Shown piece by piece: positions 50,401-64,000 of a DNA stretch of 64,000 bases (position 1 is its first letter; every line of letters begins with the position of its first letter). The stretch is taken from positions 9,238,001 to 9,302,000 of the forward strand of contig CM102286.1 in assembly GCA_046563655.1 (NCBI GenBank), given 5' to 3'. The DNA comes from Yuukianura sp. NJ FZ-2021 (taxonomy: Eukaryota). The notes under the pieces are model-generated. The model did not search any database and was not told the DNA's origin. It saw only the letters and a program-made list of their open reading frames with translations. The translations under genes and the position numbers were made by a program.

Positions 50401-53400
50401 GAAGGCGTTTGGTGCACATTGACAAAACATGAAAATTTAGGCTTGCGACAGGGAGAAGTTATGTGACTGAGAATATTATCTGAATTTTTGAAACCACATT
50501 TAAATGCACAGAAAATACGTTCCTGGCCATTCCTTCCTTAAGAACGACTTCAGTATTTTGGTGGCAATAGCTTCATTTGGAAATCCTCAGAACAACCTTA
50601 TTAAGTGTAGAATGCGTCCCGCTCGGACAGAAAAATTTAAGTGTTTTGCAAGTACTTTGCCTCAAATACGCGTAAACTTAGCGCGGCGGACGGCGTTTGG
50701 TGCAAATTGATAAAACATGAAAATTAAGGCTTGCGACAGGGAGGAGTTATGTGACTGAGAATATTATTTGAATTTTTCAAACCTCATTTAAATGCACAGA
50801 AATTTCGTTCCTGGCCATTCTTCCCTTAAGAACGACTTCAGTATTTTGGTGGCAATAGCTTCATTTGGAAATCCTCAAAACAACCTTATTAAGTGTAGAA
50901 TGCGTCCCGCTCGGCCAGAAAATGTAAGCGTTTTGCAAGTACTTTGCCTCAAATACACGTAAATTTATTGCCGCCGGAAGGCGTTTGGTGCACATTGACA
51001 AAACATGAAAATTAAGGCTTGCGACAGGGAGGAGTTATGGGACTGAGAATATTATTTGAATCTTTCAAACCTCATTTAAATGCACAGAAATTTCGTTCCT
51101 GGCCATTCTTCCCTTAAGAACGACTTCAGTATTTTGGTGGCAATAGCTTCATTTGTAAATCCTCAAAACAACCTTATTAAGTGTAGAATGCGTCCCGCTC
51201 GGACAGAAAAATGTAAGCGTTTTGCAAGTACTTTGCCTCAAATACGCGTAAACTTAGCGCGGCGGACGGCGTTTGGTGCAAATTGATAAAACATGAAAAT
51301 TAAGGCTTGCGACAGGGAGGAGTTATGTGACTGAGAATATTATTTGAATTTTTCAAACCTCATTTAAATGCACAGAAATTTCGTTCCTGGCCATTCTTCC
51401 CTTAAGAACGACTCAGTATTTTGGTGGCAATAGCTTCATTTGGAAATCCTCAAAACAACCTTATTAAGTGTAGAATGCGTCCCGCTCCGCCAGAAAAATG
51501 TAAGCGTTTTGCAAGTACTTTGCCTCAAATACACGTAAATTTATTGCCGCCGGAAGGCGTTTGGTGCACATTGACAAAACATGAAAATTAAGGCTTGCGA
51601 CAGGGAGGAGTTATGTGACTGAGAATATTATTTGAATTTTTCAAACCTCATTTAAATGCACAGAAATTTCGTTCCTGGCCATTCTTCCCTTAAGAACGAC
51701 TTCAGTATTTTGGTGGCAATAGCTTCATTTGGAAATCCTCAGAACAACCTTATTAAGTGTAGAATGCGTCCCGCTCGGACAGAAAAATTTAAGTGTTTTG
51801 CAAGTACTTTGCCTCAAATACGCGTAAACTTAGCGCGGCGGACGGCGTTTGGTGCAAATTGATAAAACATAAAAATTAAGGCTTGCGACAGGGAGGAGTT
51901 ATGTGACTGAGAATATTATTTGAATTTTTCAAACCTCATTTAAATGCACAGAAATTTCGTTCCTGGCCATTCTTCCCTTAAGAACGACTTCAGTATTTTG
52001 GTGGCAATAGCTTCATTTGGAAATCCTCAAAACAACCTTATTAAGTGTAGAATGCGTCCCGCTCGGCCAGAAAATGTAAGCGTTTTGCAAGTACTTTGCC
52101 TCAAATACACGTAAATTTATTGCCGCCGGAAGGCGTTTGGTGCACATTGACAAAACATGAAAATTAAGGCTTGCGACAGGGAGGAGTTATGTGACTGAGA
52201 ATATTATTTGAATTTTTCAAACCTCATTTAAATGCACAGAAATTTCGTTCCTGGCCATTCTTCCCTTAAGAACGACTTCAGTATTTTGGTGGCAATAGCT
52301 TCATTTGGAAATCCTCAAAACAACTTTATTAAGTGTAGAATGCGTCCCGCTCCGCCAGAAAGTGTGAGCGTGTTGCAAGTACTTTGCCTCAAATACGCGT
52401 AAACTTACTGCGGCCGGAAGGCGTTTGGTGCATATTAATAAAACATGAAAATCTAGGCATGCGACAGAAAGGTGTTATGTGCCTGAGAATATTATTTGAA
52501 TTTTTCAAACCTCATTTAAATGCACAGAAATTTCGTTCCTGGCCATTCTTCCCTTAAGAACGACTTCAGTATTTTGGTGGCAATAGCTTCATTTGGAAAT
52601 CCTCAAAACAACCTTATTAAGTGTAGAATGCGTCCCGCTCGGCCAGAAAATGTAAGCGTTTTGCAAGTACTTTGCCTCAAATACACGTAAATTTATTGCC
52701 GCCGGAAGGCGTTTGGTGCACATTGACAAAACATGAAAATTAAGGCTTGCGACAGGGAGGAGTTATGGGACTGAGAATATTATTTGAATCTTTCAAACCT
52801 CATTTAAATGCACAGAAATTTCGTTCCTGGCCATTCTTCCCTTAAGAACGACTTCAGTATTTTGGTGGCAATAGCTTCATTTGTAAATCCTCAAAACAAC
52901 CTTATTAAGTGTAGAATGCGTCCCGCTCGGACAGAAAAATGTAAGCGTTTTGCAAGTACTTTTGCCTCAAATACGCGTAAACTTAGCGCGGCGGACGGCG
53001 TTTGGTGCAAATTGATAAAACATGAAAATTAAGGCTTGCGACAGGAGGAGTTATGTGACTGAGAATATTATTTGAATTTTTCAAACCTCATTTAAATGCA
53101 CAGAAATTTCGTTCCTGGCCATTCTTCCCTTAAGAACGACTCAGTATTTTGGTGGCAATAGCTTCATTTGGAAATCCTCAAAACAACCTTATTAAGTGTA
53201 GAATGCGTCCCGCTCCGCCAGAAAATGTAAGCGTTTTGCAAGTACTTTGCCTCAAATACACGTAAATTTATTGCCGCCGGAAGGCGTTTGGTGCACATTG
53301 ACAAAACATGAAAATTAAGGCTTGCGACAGGGAGGAGTTATGTGACTGAGAATATTATTTGAATTTTTCAAACCTCATTTAAATGCACAGAAATTTCGTT

Positions 53401-56400
53401 CCTGGCCATTCTTCCCTTAAGAACGACTTCAGTATTTTGGTGGCAATAGCTTCATTTGGAAATCCTCAGAACAACCTTATTAAGTGTAGAATGCGTCCCG
53501 CTCGGACAGAAAAATTTAAGTGTTTTGCAAGTACTTTGCCTCAAATACGCGTAAACTTAGCGCGGCGGACGGCGTTTGGTGCAAATTGATAAAACATAAA
53601 AATTAAGGCTTGCGACAGGGAGGAGTTATGTGACTGAGAATATTATTTGAATTTTTCAAACCTCATTTAAATGCACAGAAATTTCGTTCCTGGCCATTCC
53701 TTCCTTAAGAACGACTTCAGTATTTTGGTGGCAATAGCTTCATTTGGAAATCCTCAAAACAACCTTATTAAGTGTAGAATGCGTCCCGCTCGGCCAGAAA
53801 ATGTAAGCGTTTTGCAAGTACTTTGCCTCAAATACACGTAAATTTATTGCCGCCGGAAGGCGTTTGGTGCACATTGACAAAACATGAAAATTAAGGCTTG
53901 CGACAGGGAGGAGTTATGTGACTGAGAATATTATTTGAATTTTTCAAACCTCATTTAAATGCACAGAAATTTCGTTCCTGGCCATTCTTCCCTTAAGAAC
54001 GACTTCAGTATTTTGGTGGCAATAGCTTCATTTGGAAATCCTCAAAACAACTTTATTAAGTGTAGAATGCGTCCCGCTCCGCCAGAAAATGTAAGCGTTT
54101 TGCAAGTACTTTGCCTCAAATACACGTAAATTTATTGCCGCCGGAAGGCGTTTGGTGCACATTGACAAAACATGAAAATTAAGACTTGCGACAGGGAGGA
54201 GTTATGTGACTGAGAATATTATTTGAATTTTTCAAACCTCATTTAAATGCACAGAAATTTCGTTCCTGGCCATTCTTCCCTTAAGAACGACTCAGTATTT
54301 TGGTGGCAATAGCTTCATTTGGAAATCCTCAAAACAACCTTATTAAGTGTAGAATGCGTCCCGCTCGGCCAGAAAATGTAAGCGTTTTGCAAGTACTTTG
54401 CCTCAAATACACGTAAATTTATTGCCGCCGGAAGGCGTTTGGTGCACATTGACAAAACATGAAAATTAAGGCTTGCGACAGGGAGGAGTTATGTGACTGA
54501 GAATATTATTTGAATTTTTCAAACCTCATTTAAATGCACAGAAATTTCGTTCCTGGCCATTCTTCCCTTAAGAACGACTTCAGTATTTTGGTGGCAATAG
54601 CTTCATTTGGAAATCCTCAAAACAACTTTATTAAGTGTAGAATGCGTCCCGCTCCGCCAGAAAATGTAAGCGTTTTGCAAGTACTTTGCCTCAAATACAC
54701 GTAAATTTATTGCCGCCGGAAGGCGTTTGGTGCACATTGACAAAACATGAAAATTAAGGCTTGCGACAGGGAGGAGTTATGTGACTGAGAATATTATTTG
54801 AATTTTTCAAACCTCATTTAAATGCACAGAAATTTCGTTCCTGGCCATTCTTCCCTTAAGAACGACTCAGTATTTTGGTGGCAATAGCTTCATTTGGAAA
54901 TCCTCAAAACAACCTTATTAAGTGTAGAATGCGTCCCGCTCGGCCAGAAAATGTAAGCGTTTTGCAAGTACTTTGCCTCAAATACACGTAAATTTATTGC
55001 CGCCGGAAGGCGTTTGGTGCACATTGACAAAACATGAAAATTAAGGCTTGCGACAGGGAGGAGTTATGTGACTGAGAATATTATTTGAATTTTTCAAACC
55101 TCATTTAAATGCACAGAAATTTCGTTCCTGGCCATTCTTCCCTTAAGAACGACTTCAGTATTTTGGTGGCAATAGCTTCATTTGGAAATCCTCAGAACAA
55201 CCTTATTAAGTGTAGAATGCGTCCCGCTCGGACAGAAAAATTTAAGTGTTTTGCAAGTACTTTGCCTCAAATACGCGTAAACTTAGCGCGGCGGACGGCG
55301 TTTGGTGCAAATTGATAAAACATGAAAATTAAGGCTTGCGACAGGGAGGAGTTATGTGACTGAGAATATTATTTGAATTTTTCAAACCTCATTTAAATGC
55401 ACAGAAATTTCGTTCCTGGCCATTCTTCCCTTAAGAACGACTTCAGTATTTTTGGTGGCAATAGCTTCATTTGGAAATCCTCAAAACAACCTTATTAAGT
55501 GTAGAATGCGTCCCGCTCGGCCAGAAAATGTAAGCGTTTTGCAAGTACTTTGCCTCAAATACACGTAAATTTATTGCCGCCGGAAGGCGTTTGGTGCACA
55601 TTGACAAAACATGAAAATTAAGGCTTGCGACAGGGAGGAGTTATGTGACTGAGAATATTATTTGAATTTTTCAAACCTCATTTAAATGCACAGAAATTTC
55701 GTTCCTGGCCATTCTTCCCTTAAGAACGACTTCAGTATTTTTGGTGGCAATAGCTTCATTTGGAAATCCTCAAAACAACTTTATTAAGTGTAGAATGCGT
55801 CCCGCTCGGCCAGAAAATGTAAGCGTTTTGCAAGTACTTTGCCTCAAATACACGTAAATTTATTGCCGCCGGAAGGCGTTTGGTGCACATTGACAAAACA
55901 TGAAAATTTAGGCTTGCGACAAGGAGAAGTTATGTGACTGAGAATATTATCTGAATTTTTGAAACCACATTTAAATGCACAGAAAATACGTTCCTGGCCA
56001 TTCCTTCCTTAAGAACGACTTCAGTATTTTGGTGGCAATAGCTTCATTTGGAAATCCTCAGAACAACCTTATTAAGTGTAGAATGCGTCCCGCTCGGACA
56101 GAAAAATTTAAGTGTTTTGCAAGTACTTTGCCTCAAATACGCGTAAACTTAGCGCGGCGGACGGCGTTTGGTGCAAATTGATAAAACATGAAAATTAAGG
56201 CTTGCGACAGGGAGGAGTTATGTGACTGAGAATATTATTTGAATTTTTCAAACCTCACTTAAATGCACAGAAATTTCGTTCCTGGCCATTCTTCCCTTAA
56301 GAACGACTTCAGTATTTTGGTGGCAATAGCTTCATTTGGAAATCCTCAAAACAACCTTATTAAGTGTAGAATGCGTCCCGCTCGGCCAGAAAATGTAAGC

Positions 56401-59400
56401 GTTTTGCAAGTACTTTGCCTCAAATACACGTAAATTTATTGCCGCCGGAAGGCGTTTGGTGCACATTGACAAAACATGAAAATTAAGGCTTGCGACAGGG
56501 AGGAGTTATGGGACTGAGAATATTATTTGAATCTTTCAAACCTCATTTAAATGCACAGAAATTTCGTTCCTGGCCATTCTTCCCTTAAGAACGACTTCAG
56601 TATTTTGGTGGCAATAGCTTCATTTGTAAATCCTCAAAACAACCTTATTAAGTGTAGAATGCGTCCCGCTCGGACAGAAAAATGTAAGCGTTTTGCAAGT
56701 ACTTTGCCTCAAATACGCGTAAACTTAGCGCGGCGGACGGCGTTTGGTGCAAATTGATAAAACATGAAAATTAAGGCTTGCGACAGGGAGGAGTTATGTG
56801 ACTGAGAATATTATTTGAATTTTTCAAACCTCACTTAAATGCACAGAAATTTCGTTCCTGGCCATTCTTCCCTTAAGAACGACTTCAGTATTTTGGTGGC
56901 AATAGCTTCATTTGGAAATCCTCAAAACAACCTTATTAAGTGTAGAATGCGTCCCGCTCGGCCAGAAAATGTAAGCGTTTTGCCGTACTTTGCCTCAAAT
57001 ACACGTAAATTTATTGCCGCCGGAAGGCGTTTGGTGCACATTGACAAAACATGAAAATTAAGGCTTGCGACAGGGAGGAGTTATGGGACTGAGAATATTA
57101 TTTGAATCTTTCAAACCTCATTTAAATGCACAGAAATTTCGTTCCTGGCCATTCTTCCCTTAAGAACGACTTCAGTATTTTGGTGGCAATAGCTTCATTT
57201 GTAAATCCTCAAAACAACCTTATTAAGTGTAGAATGCGTCCCGCTCGGACAGAAAAATGTAAGCGTTTTGCAAGTACTTTGCCTCAAATACGCGTAAACT
57301 TAGCGCGGCGGACGGCGTTTGGTGCAAATTGATAAAACATGAAAATTAAGGCTTGCGACAGGGAGGAGTTATGTGACTGAGAATATTATTTGAATTTTTC
57401 AAACCTCATTTAAATGCACAGAAATTTCGCTCCTGGCCATTCTTCCCTTAAGAACGACTCAGTATTTTGGTGGCAATAGCTTCATTTGGAAATCCTCAGA
57501 ACAACCTTATTAAGTGTAGAATGCGTCCCGCTCGGACAGAAAAATTTAAGTGTTTTGCAAGTACTTTGCCTCAAATACGCGTAAACTTAGCGCGGCGGAC
57601 GGCGTTTGGTGCAAATTGATAAAACATAAAAATTAAGGCTTGCGACAGGGAGGAGTTATGTGACTGAGAATATTATTTGAATTTTTCAAACCTCATTTAA
57701 ATGCAAAGAAATTTCGTTCCTGGCCATTCTTCCCTTAAGAACGACTTCAGTATTTTGGTGGCAATAGCTTCATTTGGAAATCCTCAAAACAACCTTATTA
57801 AGTGTAGAATGCGTCCCGCTCGGCCAGAAAATGTAAGCGTTTTGCAAGTACTTTGCCTCAAATACACGTAAATTTATTGCCGCCGGAAGGCGTTTGGTGC
57901 ACATTGACAAAACATGAAAATTAAGGCTTGCGACAGGGAGGAGTTATGTGACTGAGAATATTATTTGAATTTTTCAAACCTCATTTAAATGCACAGAAAT
58001 TTCGTTCCTGGCCATTCTTCCCTTAAGAACGACTTCAGTATTTTGGTGGCAATAGCTTCATTTGGAAATCCTCAAAACAACTTTATTAAGTGTAGAATGC
58101 GTCCCGCTCCGCCAGAAAATGTAAGCGTTTTGCAAGTACTTTGCCTCAAATACACGTAAATTTATTGCCGCCGGAAGGCGTTTGGTGCACATTGACAAAA
58201 CATGAAAATTAAGGCTTGCGACAGGGAGGAGTTATGTGACTGAGAATATTATTTGAATTTTTCAAACCTCATTTAAATGCACAGAAATTTCGCTCCTGGC
58301 CATTCTTCCCTTAAGAACGACTCAGTATTTTGGTGGCAATAGCTTCATTTGGAAATCCTCAGAACAACCTTATTAAGTGTAGAATGCGTCCCGCTCGGAC
58401 AGAAAAATTTAAGTGTTTTGCAAGTACTTTGCCTCAAATACGCGTAAACTTAGCGCGGCGGACGGCGTTTGGTGCAAATTGATAAAACATAAAAATTAAG
58501 GCTTGCGACAGGGAGGAGTTATGTGACTGAGAATATTATTTGAATTTTTCAAACCTCATTTAAATGCACAGAAATTTCGTTCCTGGCCATTCTTCCCTTA
58601 AGAACGACTTCAGTATTTTGGTGGCAATAGCTTCATTTGGAAATCCTCAAAACAACTTTATTAAGTGTAGAATGCGTCCCGCTCGGCCAGAAAATGTAAG
58701 CGTTTTGCAAGTACTTTGCCTCAAATACACGTAAATTTATTGCCGCCGGAAGGCGTTTGGTGCACATTGACAAAACATGAAAATTTAGGCTTGCGACAAG
58801 GAGAAGTTATGTGACTGAGAATATTATCTGAATTTTTGAAACCACATTTAAATGCACAGAAAATACGTTCCTGGCCATTCCTTCCTTAAGAACGACTTCA
58901 GTATTTTGGTGGCAATAGCTTCATTTGGAAATCCTCAGAACAACCTTATTAAGTGTAGAATGCGTCCCGCTCGGACAGAAAAATTTAAGTGTTTTGCAAG
59001 TACTTTGCCTCAAATACGCGTAAACTTAGCGCGGCGGACGGCGTTTGGTGCAAATTGATAAAACATGAAAATTAAGGCTTGCGACAGGGAGGAGTTATGT
59101 GACTGAGAATATTATTTGAATTTTTCAAACCTCACTTAAATGCACAGAAATTTCGTTCCTGGCCATTCTTCCCTTAAGAACGACTTCAGTATTTTGGTGG
59201 CAATAGCTTCATTTGGAAATCCTCAAAACAACCTTATTAAGTGTAGAATGCGTCCCGCTCGGCCAGAAAATGTAAGCGTTTTGCAAGTACTTTGCCTCAA
59301 ATACACGTAAATTTATTGCCGCCGGAAGGCGTTTGGTGCACATTGACAAAACATGAAAATTAAGGCTTGCGACAGGGAGGAGTTATGGGACTGAGAATAT

Positions 59401-62400
59401 TATTTGAATCTTTCAAACCTCATTTAAATGCACAGAAATTTCGTTCCTGGCCATTCTTCCCTTAAGAACGACTTCAGTATTTTGGTGGCAATAGCTTCAT
59501 TTGTAAATCCTCAAAACAACCTTATTAAGTGTAGAATGCGTCCCGCTCGGACAGAAAAATGTAAGCGTTTTGCAAGTACTTTGCCTCAAATACGCGTAAA
59601 CTTAGCGCGGCGGACGGCGTTTGGTGCAAATTGATAAAACATGAAAATTAAGGCTTGCGACAGGGAGGAGTTATGTGACTGAGAATATTATTTGAATTTT
59701 TCAAACCTCATTTAAATGCACAGAAATTTCGTTCCTGGCCATTCTTCCCTTAAGAACGACTCAGTATTTTGGTGGCAATAGCTTCATTTGGAAATCCTCA
59801 AAACAACCTTATTAAGTGTAGAATGCGTCCCGCTCCGCCAGAAAAATGTAAGCGTTTTGCAAGTACTTTGCCTCAAATACACGTAAATTTATTGCCGCCG
59901 GAAGGCGTTTGGTGCACATTGACAAAACATGAAAATTAAGGCTTGCGACAGGGAGGAGTTATGGGACTGAGAATATTATTTGAATCTTTCAAACCTCATT
60001 TAAATGCACAGAAATTTCGTTCCTGGCCATTCTTCCCTTAAGAACGACTTCAGTATTTTGGTGGCAATAGCTTCATTTGTAAATCCTCAAAACAACCTTA
60101 TTAAGTGTAGAATGCGTCCCGCTCGGACAGAAAAATGTAAGCGTTTTGCAAGTACTTTGCCTCAAATACGCGTAAACTTAGCGCGGCGGACGGCGTTTGG
60201 TGCAAATTGATAAAACATGAAAATTAAGGCTTGCGACAGGGAGGAGTTATGTGACTGAGAATATTATTTGAATTTTTCAAACCTCATTTAAATGCACAGA
60301 AATTTCGTTCCTGGCCATTCTTCCCTTAAGAACGACTCAGTATTTTGGTGGCAATAGCTTCATTTGGAAATCCTCAAAACAACCTTATTAAGTGTAGAAT
60401 GCGTCCCGCTCCGCCAGAAAATGTAAGCGTTTTGCAAGTACTTTGCCTCAAATACACGTAAATTTATTGCCGCCGGAAGGCGTTTGGTGCACATTGACAA
60501 AACATGAAAATTAAGGCTTGCGACAGGGAGGAGTTATGTGACTGAGAATATTATTTGAATTTTTCAAACCTCATTTAAATGCACAGAAATTTCGTTCCTG
60601 GCCATTCTTCCCTTAAGAACGACTTCAGTATTTTGGTGGCAATAGCTTCATTTGGAAATCCTCAGAACAACCTTATTAAGTGTAGAATGCGTCCCGCTCG
60701 GACAGAAAAATTTAAGTGTTTTGCAAGTACTTTGCCTCAAATACGCGTAAACTTAGCGCGGCGGACGGCGTTTGGTGCAAATTGATAAAACATAAAAATT
60801 AAGGCTTGCGACAGGGAGGAGTTATGTGACTGAGAATATTATTTGAATTTTTCAAACCTCATTTAAATGCACAGAAATTTCGTTCCTGGCCATTCTTCCC
60901 TTAAGAACGACTTCAGTATTTTGGTGGCAATAGCTTCATTTGGAAATCCTCAAAACAACTTTATTAAGTGTAGAATGCGTCCCGCTCCGCCAGAAAATGT
61001 AAGCGTTTTGCAAGTACTTTGCCTCAAATACACGTAAATTTATTGCCGCCGGAAGGCGTTTGGTGCACATTGACAAAACATGAAAATTAAGGCTTGCGAC
61101 AGGGAGGAGTTATGTGACTGAGAATATTATTTGAATTTTTCAAACCTCATTTAAATGCACAGAAATTTCGTTCCTGGCCATTCTTCCCTTAAGAACGACT
61201 TCAGTATTTTGGTGGCAATAGCTTCATTTGGAAATCCTCAAAACAACTTTATTAAGTGTAGAATGCGTCCCGCTCGGCCAGAAAATGTAAGCGTTTTGCA
61301 AGTACTTTGCCTCAAATACACGTAAATTTATTGCCGCCGGAAGGCGTTTGGTGCACATTGACAAAACATGAAAATTAAGGCTTGCGACAGGGAGGAGTTA
61401 TGTGACTGAGAATATTATTTGAATTTTTCAAACCTCATTTAAATGCACAGAAATTTCGTTCCTGGCCATTCTTCCCTTAAGAACGACTTCAGTATTTTGG
61501 TGGCAATAGCTTCATTTGGAAATCCTCAGAACAACCTTATTAAGTGTAGAATGCGTCCCGCTCGGACAGAAAAATTTAAGTGTTTTGCAAGTACTTTGCC
61601 TCAAATACGCGTAAACTTAGCGCGGCGGACGGCGTTTGGTGCAAATTGATAAAACATGAAAATTAAGGCTTGCGACAGGGAGGAGTTATGTGACTGAGAA
61701 TATTATTTGAATTTTTCAAACCTCATTTAAATGCACAGAAATTTCGTTCCTGGCCATTCTTCCCTTAAGAACGACTTCAGTATTTTGGTGGCAATAGCTT
61801 CATTTGGAAATCCTCAAAACAACCTTATTAAGTGTAGAATGCGTCCCGCTCGGCCAGAAAATGTAAGCGTTTTGCAAGTACTTTGCCTCAAATACACGTA
61901 AATTTATTGCCGCCGGAAGGCGTTTGGTGCACATTCACAAAACATGAAAATTAAGGCTTGCGACAGGGAGGAGTTATGTGACTGAGAATATTATTTGAAT
62001 TTTTCAAACCTCATTTAAATGCACAGAAATTTCGTTCCTGGCCATTCTTCCCTTAAGAACGACTTCAGTATTTTGGTGGCAATAGCTTCATTTGGAAATC
62101 CTCAAAACAACTTTATTAAGTGTAGAATGCGTCCCGCTCGGCCAGAAAATGTAAGCGTTTTGCAAGTACTTTGCCTCAAATACACGTAAATTTATTGCCG
62201 CCGGAAGGCGTTTGGTGCATTGACAAAACATGAAAATTTAGGCTTGCGACAAGGAGAAGTTATGTGACTGAGAATATTATCTGAATTTTTGAAACCACAT
62301 TTAAATGCACAGAAAATACGTTCCTGGCCATTCCTTCCTTAAGAACGACTTCAGTATTTTGGTGGCAATAGCTTCATTTGGAAATCCTCAGAACAACCTT

Positions 62401-64000
62401 ATTAAGTGTAGAATGCGTCCCGCTCGGACAGAAAAATTTAAGTGTTTTGCAAGTACTTTGCCTCAAATACGCGTAAACTTAGCGCGGCGGACGGCGTTTG
62501 GTGCAAATTGATAAAACATGAAAATTAAGGCTTGCGACAGGGAGGAGTTATGTGACTGAGAATATTATTTGAATTTTTCAAACCTCACTTAAATGCACAG
62601 AAATTTCGTTCCTGGCCATTCTTCCCTTAAGAACGACTTCAGTATTTTGGTGGCAATAGCTTCATTTGGAAATCCTCAAAACAACCTTATTAAGTGTAGA
62701 ATGCGTCCCGCTCGGCCAGAAAATGTAAGCGTTTTGCAAGTACTTTGCCTCAAATACACGTAAATTTATTGCCGCCGGAAGGCGTTTGGTGCACATTGAC
62801 AAAACATGAAAATTAAGGCTTGCGACAGGGAGGAGTTATGGGACTGAGAATATTATTTGAATCTTTCAAACCTCATTTAAATGCACAGAAATTTCGTTCC
62901 TGGCCATTCTTCCCTTAAGAACGACTTCAGTATTTTGGTGGCAATAGCTTCATTTGTAAATCCTCAAAACAACCTTATTAAGTGTAGAATGCGTCCCGCT
63001 CGGACAGAAAAATGTAAGCGTTTTGCAAGTACTTGCCTCAAATACGCGTAAACTTAGCGCGGCGGACGGCGTTTGGTGCAAATTGATAAAACATGAAAAT
63101 TAAGGCTTGCGACAGGGAGGAGTTATGTGACTGAGAATATTATTTGAATTTTTCAAACCTCATTTAAATGCACAGAAATTTCGTTCCTGGCCATTCTTCC
63201 CTTAAGAACGACTCAGTATTTTGGTGGCAATAGCTTCATTTGGAAATCCTCAAAACAACCTTATTAAGTGTAGAATGCGTCCCGCTCCGCCAGAAAATGT
63301 AAGCGTTTTGCAAGTACTTTGCCTCAAATACACGTAAATTTATTGCCGCCGGAAGGCGTTTGGTGCACATTGACAAAACATGAAAATTAAGGCTTGCGAC
63401 AGGGAGGAGTTATGTGACTGAGAATATTATTTGAATTTTTCAAACCTCATTTAAATGCACAGAAATTTCGTTCCTGGCCATTCTTCCCTTAAGAACGACT
63501 TCAGTATTTTGGTGGCAATAGCTTCATTTGGAAATCCTCAGAACAACCTTATTAAGTGTAGAATGCGTCCCGCTCGGACAGAAAAATTTAAGTGTTTTGC
63601 AAGTACTTTGCCTCAAATACGCGTAAACTTAGCGCGGCGGACGGCGTTTGGTGCAAATTGATAAAACATAAAAATTAAGGCTTGCGACAGGGAGGAGTTA
63701 TGTGACTGAGAATATTATTTGAATTTTTCAAACCTCATTTAAATGCACAGAAATTTCGTTCCTGGCCATTCTTCCCTTAAGAACGACTTCAGTATTTTGG
63801 TGGCAATAGCTTCATTTGGAAATCCTCAAAACAACCTTATTAAGTGTAGAATGCGTCCCGCTCGGCCAGAAAATGTAAGCGTTTTGCAAGTACTTTGCCT
63901 CAAATACACGTAAATTTATTGCCGCCGGAAGGCGTTTGGTGCACATTGACAAAACATGAAAATTAAGGCTTGCGACAGGGAGGAGTTATGTGACTGAGAA
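41464..64000 (+). repeat. Satellite DNA array, 287-289-bp monomer, ~78 copies, running off the window end
   Basis: Highly homogeneous head-to-tail repeats. ORF starts recur at multiples of ~288 bp. Two main monomer subtypes are present. Confidence 0.97.

Noticed and set aside
41871..63661. Dozens of 68-aa ORFs (MHRNFVPGHS...)
   Set aside because: These are satellite monomer translations. Many monomers carry stops or 1-bp indels, and there is no recognisable domain.
41464..64000. CRISPR-like or rRNA/snRNA/tRNA gene array
   Set aside because: There are no unique spacers and the context is eukaryotic. The monomer shows no 5S, tRNA or snRNA motifs that I can recognise.

Overview
Eukaryotic (invertebrate animal, probably arthropod-like) AT-rich DNA that grades from a gene-bearing region through a transposon-dense zone into a large satellite array. 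1-17.3 kb: a multi-exon PHLDB/LL5-like gene (FHA domain plus coiled coils) on the minus strand. Its last visible exon ends in a splice donor and no PH domain is visible, so it appears to continue past the window start. On the opposite strand, apparently inside one of its introns, is an intact two-exon class I (microbial-type) terpene synthase-like gene (607-1885), the most notable feature. 15-40.6 kb: a tRNA/5S-hybrid SINE; two copies of a ~255-bp element with 9-bp TSDs whose central core is flipped between the copies; DINE-1/Helentron-like elements (one with a G-rich minisatellite); a young 6.6-kb LTR element encoding only a Gag/capsid-like protein; nested MITEs; an EF-hand gene; a Rab-like relic; a truncated RNase H-bearing LINE; and a gag fragment. 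40.7-64 kb: a ~288-bp satellite array with an inverted block at its edge and irregular higher-order structure. All calls were made by eye, with no database searches.
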